From Bdellovibrionota bacterium (GTDB taxonomy: Bacteria > Bdellovibrionota > UBA1018 > CAIPTA01 > JAALKR01), in NCBI GenBank assembly GCA_965207455.1, contig CBDBMJ010000001.1, positions 672,001-736,000 on the forward strand: a stretch of DNA of 64,000 nt. Reading direction: 5' to 3'. This document shows positions 28,312-38,389 of this stretch, in pieces; position 1 is the first letter of the stretch; every line of letters begins with the position of its first letter. The position numbers and the translations under genes are program-made. The notes beneath the pieces were generated by a model. The model was not told the DNA's origin, did not search any database, and worked only from the letters and a program-made list of their open reading frames with translations.

Positions 28312-30761
28312 TGAAAATTTCTCTCCACTGGTTACAAAAGTATATCAATCTCTCTAAAATTTCTCCGGAAGAAATTGCCCAAAAACTTACTTTTTCTGGG
28401 CTGGAAGTGGAAGGGATAGAATTTCAAAATAAGGGTTTAGAGGGGGTTCGTGTGGGAGAAATCAAAGAAATCTCACCCCATCCTAATGCGGATCGTTTGC
28501 AACTTACTAAGGTGGATGTGGGCTCTGGAGAATTATTGGATATCGTTTGTGGCGCAAAAAATATTCAATGTGGACAGAAAATACCTGTAGCAACAATCGG
28601 ATCCATACTGCCCAATGGATTAAAAATTAAAGCATCCTCTATTCGAGGGTCCTCTTCCCATGGAATGCTTTGCAGTCCTGAAGAATTGAAACTCAACGTG
28701 GAAGAGATAGATGGAATTTATATTTTAGATCCAAAGGCTCCCGTGGGAAAAAGTTTTTCAGATTATATGGGACTAAATGATATTATTTTCGATATTAGCG
28801 TTACTCCCAATCGTGGAGATGCTTTGTCCCATTTGGGTATCGCTAGAGAACTAAGCATTTTATTTCAAATTCCTTATTCTCTTAAAGAGCCTAAAGCACA
28901 AAAAAGAAAAACATCGATGCCTTTGTCCATCGACAATCAAATTGGAGATGATTGTCCCGCTTATTTTGCTTGTTATGTGAAAAACATAAAAATAAATCCC
29001 TCTCCACCATGGCTACAGAATCATCTAAAGGCTGTTGGACTGCGATCCATCAATGCGGTGGTGGATATTAGTTCTTTTGTAATGATGGAGCTGGGTCAGC
29101 CCATACATATATTTGATGGAGATACGATGACAGATAATGGTGGTATTCGCATCACTATAAGAGATGCCAAGAAGGGCGAGAACTTTTCTACTATTTCCCA
29201 TAAATCCCTGCGACTGAGTGAAAAAGATATAGTCATTGCTGGTGGAGAAAAAGGAGATATATCCGCAGCCTTAGGTGGAGTTATGGGTAGCTCCAATACG
29301 GAAGTAGGAGAGCATACACAAAATATACTGATAGAGAGTGCAGAATTTTGTAGCAAACGGGTTCGTGGCACCAGTCAAAGGCATAGCTTGCCAACAGACG
29401 CAGCCTATCGTTTTGAGCGCAATATCGACTCTCAAAAAATTTCATGGGCAATTCAAAGAGCGATTGACTTAATAGAAGAATTGACCGGTGGTCAAGCACA
29501 GGCCATTGTGAGTTCTCAGAATGCAAAAAAGCACCTTGGACGATCCCCAGTTACAGTGACCTATAGTCAAGAACAATTAGAAAGAACTTTGGGTACATCA
29601 CCTGAAAAGAAAGAGATAAAAAAAATCCTTTCTTCTTTAGAAATGGACGTGAAGAGTGGAAGGAATGGAAAATGGGAAGTAGCCATTCCTAGTTGGCGAC
29701 ACGACATAAGAATTGCGGAAAATATTACGGAAGAGATTGTGCGTATCTGGGGATTTGAGAACTTAGACAGTAAGCTCCCATTAGTTCCTGCAAAAGTGAA
29801 AAAAAATATTATTTACCAAGATCAACATATTTACAAATTTCGTGAGTTATTATGCGGTCTAGGTTTTTTTGAAGCTCTCAATGTGGTTTTTTCCAATAAA
29901 AATATAGAAAGGAAGTTTTCTCATCATGGCTCAGAGCCCATAGAGGTTAATAGCCCCCTAGGTGAAGAGCAAAATGTTCTCAAACAGAGTCTTTTACCGG
30001 GCTTATTGTCCAATGTAAATCATAATCTATCCAATAGGCGCAGTGATGTCCGTTTGTTTGAGATACGACCTATCTTTACAAGAATAGAAAAAAATAGCTC
30101 CATGGATCAAAAATTGGCAACAGGGGTGCAGGAATACTTACGCTTAGGTTTAGTGGCCACAGGTCAGAATCTAGATATGGACTGGTCGAGTGCTAAAAGA
30201 CCTTTTGATTTTTATAGCATGAAGGGAGTAGTGGAGTCTCTTTTTGACTTGGCAAGTAATGGAGTAGTAACCTACGAATCTGGAAACTTACCTCAATTCT
30301 TACACCCTGGTCAGGGAGCCGCTGTGGTTGTTAGAGGGAAAAAACTGGGGTATTTGGGGCAAATCCACCCACAAATACATACGGGGATAGATACGCCCGT
30401 ATACGTAGCAGAATTGGATATGGAGGGCTTAGTTTCCAATACTCTTCCCCGGTATCGCTATCGTAAATTTGGAAAATACCCTCAGGTGGAGCGTGATTTC
30501 TCAGTCACAGTGAAGGATAGTTTTCACTCTGCTATGATTCAGCAAATTGTGATGAAGGTGGGAGCACCATTAGTGCAAAATTTGACTTTCTTTGACGTTT
30601 ATCGAGGAGACAGGATTCCCAAAGGTTCGGTGAGTTACGCTTTCCGTGTAATACTAGCCTCTCCAGACCATACTCTCACTGAAATGGAGATAGCGCCCGT
30701 GCAGGAGAAGGTTATGATGGCTCTGAGCAAAGACTTAGGAGCAAAATTTGCTGGAAAATAG
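28311..30761 (+). CDS. pheT: phenylalanine--tRNA ligase beta subunit
   Basis: HPNADRL, IVCGA, TPNRGDALS, RFER, C-terminal FDX-ACB domain (FDVYRG). Confidence 0.97.
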   Translation: MKISLHWLQKYINLSKISPEEIAQKLTFSGLEVEGIEFQNKGLEGVRVGEIKEISPHPNADRLQLTKVDVGSGELLDIVCGAKNIQCGQKIPVATIGSILPNGLKIKASSIRGSSSHGMLCSPEELKLNVEEIDGIYILDPKAPVGKSFSDYMGLNDIIFDISVTPNRGDALSHLGIARELSILFQIPYSLKEPKAQKRKTSMPLSIDNQIGDDCPAYFACYVKNIKINPSPPWLQNHLKAVGLRSINAVVDISSFVMMELGQPIHIFDGDTMTDNGGIRITIRDAKKGENFSTISHKSLRLSEKDIVIAGGEKGDISAALGGVMGSSNTEVGEHTQNILIESAEFCSKRVRGTSQRHSLPTDAAYRFERNIDSQKISWAIQRAIDLIEELTGGQAQAIVSSQNAKKHLGRSPVTVTYSQEQLERTLGTSPEKKEIKKILSSLEMDVKSGRNGKWEVAIPSWRHDIRIAENITEEIVRIWGFENLDSKLPLVPAKVKKNIIYQDQHIYKFRELLCGLGFFEALNVVFSNKNIERKFSHHGSEPIEVNSPLGEEQNVLKQSLLPGLLSNVNHNLSNRRSDVRLFEIRPIFTRIEKNSSMDQKLATGVQEYLRLGLVATGQNLDMDWSSAKRPFDFYSMKGVVESLFDLASNGVVTYESGNLPQFLHPGQGAAVVVRGKKLGYLGQIHPQIHTGIDTPVYVAELDMEGLVSNTLPRYRYRKFGKYPQVERDFSVTVKDSFHSAMIQQIVMKVGAPLVQNLTFFDVYRGDRIPKGSVSYAFRVILASPDHTLTEMEIAPVQEKVMMALSKDLGAKFAGK

Positions 30762-30808
30762 GACTTTTCTAGTTGATTTTTTGTTTTCAGGGCTTATTAT
30801 TAAAGAAT

Positions 30809-31114
30809 ATGGGAGATGATAAAAAAAGTGGAATCACAAAAGCTGATTTCGTAGAGGCTGTGTATCAACGAGTGGGTATTTCTAAAAAGGATTCCGCGAG
30901 TTTAGTAGATTTAATTTTTGAGTCCATCAAGGAGACTTTATCTTCAGGAAAGAAAATAAAGATTTCTGGTTTTGGGAATTTTATTATTAGAGATAAGAAA
31001 TCTAGGGTTGGCAGGAATCCTAGGACAGGTGAGGCCATGACAATCTCAAAACGCAGGGTTTTAACCTTTCGTCCTTCGCAGGTATTAAAGAATAATCTGA
31101 ATGGCAAAAGCTGA
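30809..31114 (+). CDS. ihfA: integration host factor alpha subunit
   Basis: TKAD...KISGFGNF...GRNPRTG...RRVLTFRPSQVLK; follows pheT. Confidence 0.92.
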   Translation: MGDDKKSGITKADFVEAVYQRVGISKKDSASLVDLIFESIKETLSSGKKIKISGFGNFIIRDKKSRVGRNPRTGEAMTISKRRVLTFRPSQVLKNNLNGKS

Positions 31115-31123
31115 GGTTATGAA

Positions 31124-31537
31124 TTGATAGAGTCTCCAAATATAGAGAATAAAGATCCAAATCCCTTGAAAAAAAGACCGCCTATTATTCCAAATCGCAT
31201 TTATTTTCGTATCGGTGATGTGGCAGATATCACTGAAATAAAGCCGTACGTTCTACGATTTTGGGAAAAAGAGTTCAATTGCCTTTGTCCCATAAAGAAT
31301 AAATCAGGTCAGCGTTTATATAGAAAAAAAGATATAGAATATGTGCTTCTCATTAAACGACTTTTATACAGAGATCGCTACTCCATTGAAGGAGCAAAAA
31401 AACGTATTCAAGAGTTGCGTAAGGATAAGTCCTTAGGACAGGTGAAGCAAGTGAGAGGTGAGTGGAATGAGACCAACCAGATGGCTTTTGAAAGAGTGAA
31501 GCAAGGTCTTAAAGAATTAGTTGATATGACGAAATAA
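31124..31537 (+). CDS. MerR family transcriptional regulator
   Basis: YFRIGDVA...VLRFWEKEF...GQRLY...YSIEGAKK; usual position after ihfA. Confidence 0.9.
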   Translation: MIESPNIENKDPNPLKKRPPIIPNRIYFRIGDVADITEIKPYVLRFWEKEFNCLCPIKNKSGQRLYRKKDIEYVLLIKRLLYRDRYSIEGAKKRIQELRKDKSLGQVKQVRGEWNETNQMAFERVKQGLKELVDMTK

Positions 31538-31541
31538 GCCC

Positions 31542-32597
31542 TTAACCATCCTTATTGGGTTTAATTTGAGGATTCTTTAAACTTCCTTTTAGCTTTATAC
31601 TGTATTTCCCATTTTTATTTCTATAGAAAGGAATAAATCCCTTTATTAGTGGGTTTTCTATAATACGAAGGAGCTTTTTCTTAGGGTTTTTCAGGTCTAA
31701 AACTAGGTTTATTTTACTATCTTTCATGCGATCTTTTAAGTTTATATCTCCATTAATTTCCAGCTCTATATCGCTTCCTTTTTGACCTAAAAGAAGTTTT
31801 AATATTTTTAGGTTTCCATTATCTATATTCACTTTTATGCTTGCAGGTCCAATATTTATTTTATCCAGGCCTTTTAGATAGTTTGCTATGGGAAATGGGC
31901 TTAAATCTATGCTTAAAAAATCACCTGTGATATTAAAATCCCCGTTAGACTTGCTTGCTTTAGATTCAGGCAAAGATATATTTATGTTTAGATTTTTTAC
32001 AATTCCAGTAATTCCTGTGGATTTAAATATTTCCGGAATTTTATCTAAATTTAATTTTTCAATATTTAGTCTTGTTTCAAAATCATTGGTATTTAGATAC
32101 CCTTGGATATTGGAGTCCAGCATTTCCATGGAAAAACTGCCGGATGGTGCAGGAGTTTTTATCCAGGGTATGGGGATTAAGCTCCATATACTTGGGCGAA
32201 TGACGAGTTTTTTGATTTGTAGACCATCTTTTAATAAAGAATAAATATATTTTTTAGAGCCACGATAGTATCGAATAGATGAGGTATGGTCTAACTGCAA
32301 ATTTTTAAACGTTATTTTTAGACCAAAGATTAAACTAATATCTACAGACTCTGCAGTCCAAGCAATATTTGTTTTTTTAGATATTATGTTTAATATGGAG
32401 CCGGAGTATTGGTTTAAAGGAACTTTTGCAAGTAAAAAAACAAAAAAGAAAAACATTCCAAGCGAAGAGTACAGCGTGATTTTTTTAAACTTTGCCCAGC
32501 CAAACGTTTTTTTTATTTGAATTTCAGTTTCTTCTTTATTACTGGGAATAGGTATTATCGATTCTTTTGTGATTTCAATGTTTTTATCCATGTTCAT
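31542..32597 (-). CDS. gspN: type II secretion system protein GspN-like
   Basis: Last gene of the gsp operon; TM helix then a beta-rich domain ending LKGSLKNP. Confidence 0.7.
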   Translation of the reverse strand: MNMDKNIEITKESIIPIPSNKEETEIQIKKTFGWAKFKKITLYSSLGMFFFFVFLLAKVPLNQYSGSILNIISKKTNIAWTAESVDISLIFGLKITFKNLQLDHTSSIRYYRGSKKYIYSLLKDGLQIKKLVIRPSIWSLIPIPWIKTPAPSGSFSMEMLDSNIQGYLNTNDFETRLNIEKLNLDKIPEIFKSTGITGIVKNLNINISLPESKASKSNGDFNITGDFLSIDLSPFPIANYLKGLDKINIGPASIKVNIDNGNLKILKLLLGQKGSDIELEINGDINLKDRMKDSKINLVLDLKNPKKKLLRIIENPLIKGFIPFYRNKNGKYSIKLKGSLKNPQIKPNKDG

Positions 32598-33163
32598 TTA
32601 TTTTTTTTTATTTTTATAGTAGACCATAAATAGCCGGCTTTGTTGTTTTGAGAGTCTATTTCCAAAGAATGTATCGAGATATTTTTAGGTGAATTTTCTA
32701 AGAAATGCATCATTCCAACAATTTGCTTAATGGATATTCGTGTTAAATTTACAACAAGGTTATTGGCGTCTTCTTTTATTTTATAATCTTTAGATTCCAT
32801 TTTATTCTGTTGCAGGCCTCTTTTTATCACGTCTGTTAATGGGGTATCTGTATTGATTGCATTCGAGCTTGTATTGGTTTTAAATCTATTGGATGTTTTG
32901 ATTTTATTATTAGCATCGTTTAAATAATCTATGGAAACTTTCATATTTTCTAACGATGTTTTCTTAGAATAAATATTAGTTACAAAATATAAGAGCATAA
33001 AGAAAAGAGTGAATGCAAAAATTCCGAGTGCTGAGAAATTAACAATTCTTCGAGTTTTTGCATCTGCATTTGTATATTGATTTTTTAATTCAGTATATAA
33101 ATGGCTATCCTCTATGGAGTGCTTTATATTTAAGATGATATTATTGAGAAATTCTATTTTCAT
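32594..33163 (-). CDS. type II secretion system protein GspM-like
   Basis: Bitopic protein between gspL and gspN; assignment mainly positional. Confidence 0.6.
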   Translation of the reverse strand: MKIEFLNNIILNIKHSIEDSHLYTELKNQYTNADAKTRRIVNFSALGIFAFTLFFMLLYFVTNIYSKKTSLENMKVSIDYLNDANNKIKTSNRFKTNTSSNAINTDTPLTDVIKRGLQQNKMESKDYKIKEDANNLVVNLTRISIKQIVGMMHFLENSPKNISIHSLEIDSQNNKAGYLWSTIKIKKNK

Positions 33164-34797
33164 ATTGATTTTCTTTCAATTTCTATATATGCAGTTTTAT
33201 ATTTACTGCCAGCATTTTGCATTATTGGTTTAGATACGGTTTTCACAAAAGAATTTTTCTTGATATAGTCAATAATTTTACCAATATTTTTATTACTAGA
33301 AGACTCAAATGTGATTTTCATACTCTCTGGAAGTATGGTTATTTTCTTTATTTCCATTACAATATTACTAGGTATGGATTGACTAATTTCCTTTATTACT
33401 TTCAGAAAAGTGTTTTTATTCTCTTTTTTAGTTTCTATTTTAACACCTTCTAATCCCGCTATTTTTTCATCTACAAGTCTTTTTAATCGAGAAGGATTGT
33501 TTTTCAGCGTGTACAATAGGCTAGGTTTAGGTCGACCAAATATCTTTCGGATAACTGCATCTCGCTTGACAGTGTATTTTGCTATTTCTTTTTTTAATAA
33601 AAAACCCTCAATGCCAAATACTAGAATTGCGAATACATATACTATGGAGAAGACTCGTATATAGTTTGCTAGTCCTTCCATTTTAAAGTTAAAGACGGTT
33701 TTATTGGATCGAAACATATGCGCTCGGAAGTTCAAGGCTTTTTTGTGACGTCTCTCTACTTGGGTTAGTCCAAGGATAATCGACTCAGTCAAAGGTAGGC
33801 AAGATTTCTCTGATAGTCTAATGGAAAGATTGGGAAGTTGAGAAAAGATATTAAAGGGAGTTACAGGGATTTTCCATTGATCAGATAAATATGTGCTTAT
33901 ACCAGGGAAAAGAGAAGTGCCACCAATTAGGTATATTTGAGAGACTCTTTTGTGGTATTTAGAAAAATAAGCCATTGTACATTGATAAAAATCTTTTAAA
34001 ACAGGTTCTAGAGTATCGGCAATTATTTTCGATAAATTTTCTTGCTCTTTTGAGAGCTCTGCTTCAGTTGAACCGAGAAAACCATTATTTTGCTTTGCCA
34101 TTTCTGCTTCTTCCATAGAAATATTATAATGGTTAGAAATAGTGGTAGTAATGTGTTTGCCCCCTATTGTTGTGGTTCGGTACATTTCTAACATGCAGTT
34201 ATCAAATATATGGATAGAACTTTGTTCATGTCCAAAATCTATAAAAGCAATGCCCTTGTTCTCATATAAGCTCTTTTGATTATATAAAAAGTTTATAAAG
34301 GAGGATTTTGTTGAAGTGAGAACATCAATATCAATACCTAGAGCACCTTGAACTTCTTTTATAAAGTCCTCTAAACCCAATTTTGGTGCAACGCAACAAA
34401 TACTTCTAGCTGTTTTATCTTTTGATGGAAATATTTGATTTACTAATAATGATTTATCTAAATGAAAAGGGACTTCATCTTCAATTTGAAACTTAGTATT
34501 GGCTAAGATTTTTTTAGGGCTTTTAAAGGGGAAGGAGAGAGTTCGGCTCGTATATAGGGAATCGGGGATATTCACTACAATGCGATAGGTGTGGTGAGAG
34601 TAATGCTGTTGTAGTTGGTATAAGGCTTGTTTTTGACCTTGGCTGAGATGGGAAGGGGATTTGCTATCGTCTTTTGCTTCTAGAAAATCCGGGACTTCAA
34701 TAGTGTGGTGGGAAATGATATCATAGTGCTTAAACCTACTGTCTAAGGCAATAGCTTTAATGTGAGAGCTACCAATGTCGATGGCTAGGATTTTCAT
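33160..34797 (-). CDS. GspL/PilM-like actin-fold assembly protein
   Basis: LAIDIGSSHIK, IDFGH, GGKHIT, IYLIGGTS, then a TM helix and periplasmic domain. Confidence 0.8.
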   Translation of the reverse strand: MKILAIDIGSSHIKAIALDSRFKHYDIISHHTIEVPDFLEAKDDSKSPSHLSQGQKQALYQLQQHYSHHTYRIVVNIPDSLYTSRTLSFPFKSPKKILANTKFQIEDEVPFHLDKSLLVNQIFPSKDKTARSICCVAPKLGLEDFIKEVQGALGIDIDVLTSTKSSFINFLYNQKSLYENKGIAFIDFGHEQSSIHIFDNCMLEMYRTTTIGGKHITTTISNHYNISMEEAEMAKQNNGFLGSTEAELSKEQENLSKIIADTLEPVLKDFYQCTMAYFSKYHKRVSQIYLIGGTSLFPGISTYLSDQWKIPVTPFNIFSQLPNLSIRLSEKSCLPLTESIILGLTQVERRHKKALNFRAHMFRSNKTVFNFKMEGLANYIRVFSIVYVFAILVFGIEGFLLKKEIAKYTVKRDAVIRKIFGRPKPSLLYTLKNNPSRLKRLVDEKIAGLEGVKIETKKENKNTFLKVIKEISQSIPSNIVMEIKKITILPESMKITFESSSNKNIGKIIDYIKKNSFVKTVSKPIMQNAGSKYKTAYIEIERKSI

Positions 34798-34798
34798 A

Positions 34799-36073
34799 CT
34801 AATCTGTCCTTAAGTATACAATATTTGGAAGTTTTTGACTAGCGGCATTTGAGCTCTTATTGTTTGCATCCAAACTAGGTGGTGCCCCACCCACATAAGC
34901 GATCCAGCTCTTCTGAGCACTACCGCTGGTGACATCTAGAAATACACGAAAAGCAGTTTCTTTGGTAACAATCTGGATTCCAGCATCTGTTATATTTTTC
35001 TTGTTCTCATCGGTAAACTCCATCTCGCTTTTCATATAAGCCCAAAAGTCAGATACATTTTCAAAACCTTCTGTGATACGCTCTTGAAATTTTTCCAATA
35101 AATTTGGATTTTCAGCAATACTTGGAAAAATGACTTTAATTAAATCAAGTTCAACGGCATTAATATTTATGCCTTCTGTAATTGTAGCAGTAAAATTATC
35201 AGAGAAAATTTTCACCAGTTCATCATCAAATCCTTTCACCATAATTAGTTCTGAAATAGAGTATAGCGGGGCATTTTTCACACTATATGGTTCTGGTAGT
35301 CCTGAATAATATATATCTTTTTGTATTTCATCTCCATCTAACGTGGTTTCTATATCGATCCAGGAAAGTATATTTTTAATAAGGATTCTTCCAGTAATAT
35401 TTTCATATTTTAATTTAAATTCTTCATCATCGATTTTTTTATCTTCTATGATTTTATCTGCAATATCCATAATTTTTTCACGTATATTGTTTAAATACTC
35501 CTCATTTGTTAGGGGGGGAGTAGGAGGAATAGGAGGAGCAGGGGATGGGGTAGGAGGAGGAGGAGGAGTTTTTGGATTCTTCACTTGATCCCTACTTCTA
35601 GAGATGGTCCATATCATTCGATTTAAATTTATTTTTCCTGAAGAACCCTCTATTTGAATAGACATGGAGCTATTTAATCCTAATTCACTGATAAAATTTT
35701 TATGCGCTTCTTTTGCAATAAGAGATGAATTAGGTAACAAGGGAGGGGGGAGGATGAATGGTGCGCTCCATATTGCATCAACCTCTGATTGACTCACAGG
35801 AGAATTTTTTCCAAAAGATTTAATTTTATCATTGGCTCTTTTTGCTGCCACAATTCGTAACAGTGCAATTTTTAGTGAAGATTTTACAATATGTTTTGCT
35901 CTTAATTGGTCTATATCATTATAGACAATTCTATTATATAGTTCTACTTCATATACAAGATCTGCGGCTAAGATTGCAATGATGGCTGTACTAGATAAGG
36001 CTAGCAAAAGAGCTACGCCAGATTTATTTTGTAATTTTTTAAGTACTTTTCTCATCATAAAATCAATTCTCAC
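34799..36073 (-). CDS. gspK: type II secretion minor pseudopilin GspK
   Basis: SG|VALLLAL, GKINLN, WID, KNAPLYSISELIMVKG, ININ. Confidence 0.88.
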   Translation of the reverse strand: MRIDFMMRKVLKKLQNKSGVALLLALSSTAIIAILAADLVYEVELYNRIVYNDIDQLRAKHIVKSSLKIALLRIVAAKRANDKIKSFGKNSPVSQSEVDAIWSAPFILPPPLLPNSSLIAKEAHKNFISELGLNSSMSIQIEGSSGKINLNRMIWTISRSRDQVKNPKTPPPPPTPSPAPPIPPTPPLTNEEYLNNIREKIMDIADKIIEDKKIDDEEFKLKYENITGRILIKNILSWIDIETTLDGDEIQKDIYYSGLPEPYSVKNAPLYSISELIMVKGFDDELVKIFSDNFTATITEGININAVELDLIKVIFPSIAENPNLLEKFQERITEGFENVSDFWAYMKSEMEFTDENKKNITDAGIQIVTKETAFRVFLDVTSGSAQKSWIAYVGGAPPSLDANNKSSNAASQKLPNIVYLRTD

Positions 36074-36078
36074 TTCTA

Positions 36079-36813
36079 TTATTCTGTATTTAGCTTTAAA
36101 ACAGGAAGAAACTCTGACCGAAATTTCAGAGAATTATCTGGATTTATTGGGTTTTCAATTTTAAATTCAATGGCAACCATGGATGGAAATCGAGATTTAC
36201 TTTTTGTATAATTATCCTCTGAATTCCAAGTTTTTTCCCAAGATTCTTCATCTAATTTATAAAATGAGAATGAAGCATCATTTAGTTTATCCAGCAGAGT
36301 ATATGTTTTTAAAGAATTATTTTCTATTTCATCTTGATCATAATTAAAAAGATCATTGCTGTATGTTGTTCTTTTTAGAGAATAGGTTCCATTATCTTCT
36401 CGAACAATTTCTAGTATTATTTTTTGTAAGTTTGTTTCTGGTGCGTCTCTTTGAATCCTTCGATTGGATAGAGAAAAGAATGTTATTTTATTTTCTTCTC
36501 CACTAAATCGAGTCCTTCTTAAATTATCTTTTCGTTGAGGAGCACTCCAGAATAAATCTGGAGTATTATCAGATATTAGGGATGTTTTCCCTATAATAGG
36601 GGAATACAGATAAGAAATATCTTTATCTAATATTTTCATGGCTGTACTTATGGATAAAAACCTATCAAATTCTGTTGATAGTTGAGTATTGATTGAATAG
36701 CTATTTGTTATGGCACTGTATATGGCTATACTGCTGAATGCCATTATAACTATGGCTATTATCACTTCCAGTAGAGTGAACCCTTTAATTTCCCGTTCTA
36801 ATTTTAGCATCAT
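36079..36813 (-). CDS. gspJ: type II secretion minor pseudopilin GspJ
   Basis: KG|FTLLEVIIAI N-methylation site; operon position. Confidence 0.8.
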   Translation of the reverse strand: MMLKLEREIKGFTLLEVIIAIVIMAFSSIAIYSAITNSYSINTQLSTEFDRFLSISTAMKILDKDISYLYSPIIGKTSLISDNTPDLFWSAPQRKDNLRRTRFSGEENKITFFSLSNRRIQRDAPETNLQKIILEIVREDNGTYSLKRTTYSNDLFNYDQDEIENNSLKTYTLLDKLNDASFSFYKLDEESWEKTWNSEDNYTKSKSRFPSMVAIEFKIENPINPDNSLKFRSEFLPVLKLNTE

Positions 36814-37312
36814 ATTTCACCAAAAATGTATTGAACTTTAATTTTATATCGTTATCATTTTCTTTCCATTGAATTGTAATAATCACTTTTCGAATACTGT
36901 CTTTAAAAAAATTTTGAGAAACTTTTAATATAATGTCATTTACACTTTCTTTTTTTGAATCATCCTCAGGCTCATCATCAATAAAATCAGCATCTGCGGA
37001 ATTCAATGCAATAAGTTCAGTTAAATAAGAGAAATCAATCTCTTTAACTTCTCTTGTCCATTTGAACTTGTCAAATGGTTTTGGGAATTCTCCGGTTTCA
37101 CTTTCACTTAATGAAGTAAAACTTTCTTTTTCCAACTCTAATTCACTCTTTGCGATAAAGGTTCTAGCTAGATTAGTTGCAATGGATAGATTCTTAGTCT
37201 TACTGCTATTAAATAAACTGTAGCTTTGAGTGGTATAAGCAGATAATACAACAACGGTAATAATGGAAAAAGCAATAATCACTTCCAGCAATGTGAATCC
37301 TTTTTTATTCAT
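36785..37312 (-). CDS. gspI: type II secretion minor pseudopilin GspI
   Basis: KG|FTLLEVIIAF; operon position. Confidence 0.78.
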   Translation of the reverse strand: MNKKGFTLLEVIIAFSIITVVVLSAYTTQSYSLFNSSKTKNLSIATNLARTFIAKSELELEKESFTSLSESETGEFPKPFDKFKWTREVKEIDFSYLTELIALNSADADFIDDEPEDDSKKESVNDIILKVSQNFFKDSIRKVIITIQWKENDNDIKLKFNTFLVKYDAKIRTGN

Positions 37313-37920
37313 CTATCTTCCGTTTTTTCTAAGTAATAACCGCTCTTTATAGCAGATTTCCCTGTAATGGGGTGTATGGTTAGGTGTTTTTTTTCTTCGT
37401 CAATATTTTGTAAATTTATACTAGCAGTTTCAGCAATACCATCTGGGAAAAAGTAAATATCCACAATGCCGGAGGTAATTTCTTGAGAGTGCCTCGGCGA
37501 TACTATGGAGAAGATGATAATACTGCTTGGAACTTTTTGTTGTTTTTTTAAAATAGATTCCACGGGAGTAAAGCTAGTTTCTTCTTCTTCTTTTTCTTCA
37601 TCAGTTTGAGTCTCTTTTTTTTCAAAATCCCTGTCTTCACGCTTAGCAATTTCTTTTTTTGAGGGTAAGAGGAAATCACTTGGGGCTGATTCTACCCAAT
37701 ATTCTTGTTCATCTAAATTGAAACGGAACCGGACCACTTGATTTGTTAAAATAGCATGATCTCTTGTTATCCTAAATAAGCTAGCTAGTTTGTTTGCGTA
37801 GCTATCTAGGCTAACTTGAAATAAAACAAGTGTGCCAGGAATTGCAATAGCAGATATTATTGCAATTAAAGCTATAGTTACAAGAATTTCAATTAATGAA
37901 AAAGCTTGTTTATTTTTCAT
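37309..37920 (-). CDS. gspH: type II secretion minor pseudopilin GspH
   Basis: QA|FSLIEILV and FFPDG; follows gspG. Confidence 0.8.
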   Translation of the reverse strand: MKNKQAFSLIEILVTIALIAIISAIAIPGTLVLFQVSLDSYANKLASLFRITRDHAILTNQVVRFRFNLDEQEYWVESAPSDFLLPSKKEIAKREDRDFEKKETQTDEEKEEEETSFTPVESILKKQQKVPSSIIIFSIVSPRHSQEITSGIVDIYFFPDGIAETASINLQNIDEEKKHLTIHPITGKSAIKSGYYLEKTEDR

Positions 37921-37948
37921 TTTCCCTTCCTTGGACATTGCTTTTTAT

Positions 37949-38371
37949 CTATAAGTCTGCGCTATTGATATCCTTATCATTATCTTCTCCACCTTCTGCT
38001 TTATCTGCACCTAGACTAATAATTTCAAAAGTCTTTCCATCAGATTCATAAAAATAGGGTGTATCCCATGGGTCAGGTGGAATATTTTTTCTCTCAATAA
38101 AACCACCTTTAGGGTAGTTTGGACAACCAGAGGATGGTGCCTCTAATAAAACTTCTAAGCCTTCACTTGTTGTGGGATATAGATGACAAACTCTACGGTA
38201 ATTTGTTAGTTGCTGCTTAAATAAGTTAATTTGAATCGTAGCAGCTTTTACCTTTCCTTCGCCTAATTGACCGATTACATTCACAGCAACAAACGCAGTG
38301 CCAAGAGAAATCAAGACAAGAACTACCATTATTTCAACTATTGTAAATCCATTTTGTTTTTTTTGTTTCAT
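37949..38371 (-). CDS. gspG: type II secretion major pseudopilin GspG
   Basis: NG|FTIVEIMVV, YPTTSEGL, DPWDTPY, SLGAD..EGG. Confidence 0.93.
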   Translation of the reverse strand: MKQKKQNGFTIVEIMVVLVLISLGTAFVAVNVIGQLGEGKVKAATIQINLFKQQLTNYRRVCHLYPTTSEGLEVLLEAPSSGCPNYPKGGFIERKNIPPDPWDTPYFYESDGKTFEIISLGADKAEGGEDNDKDINSADL

Positions 38372-38389
38372 ATTTATTTTCCTTTATTT

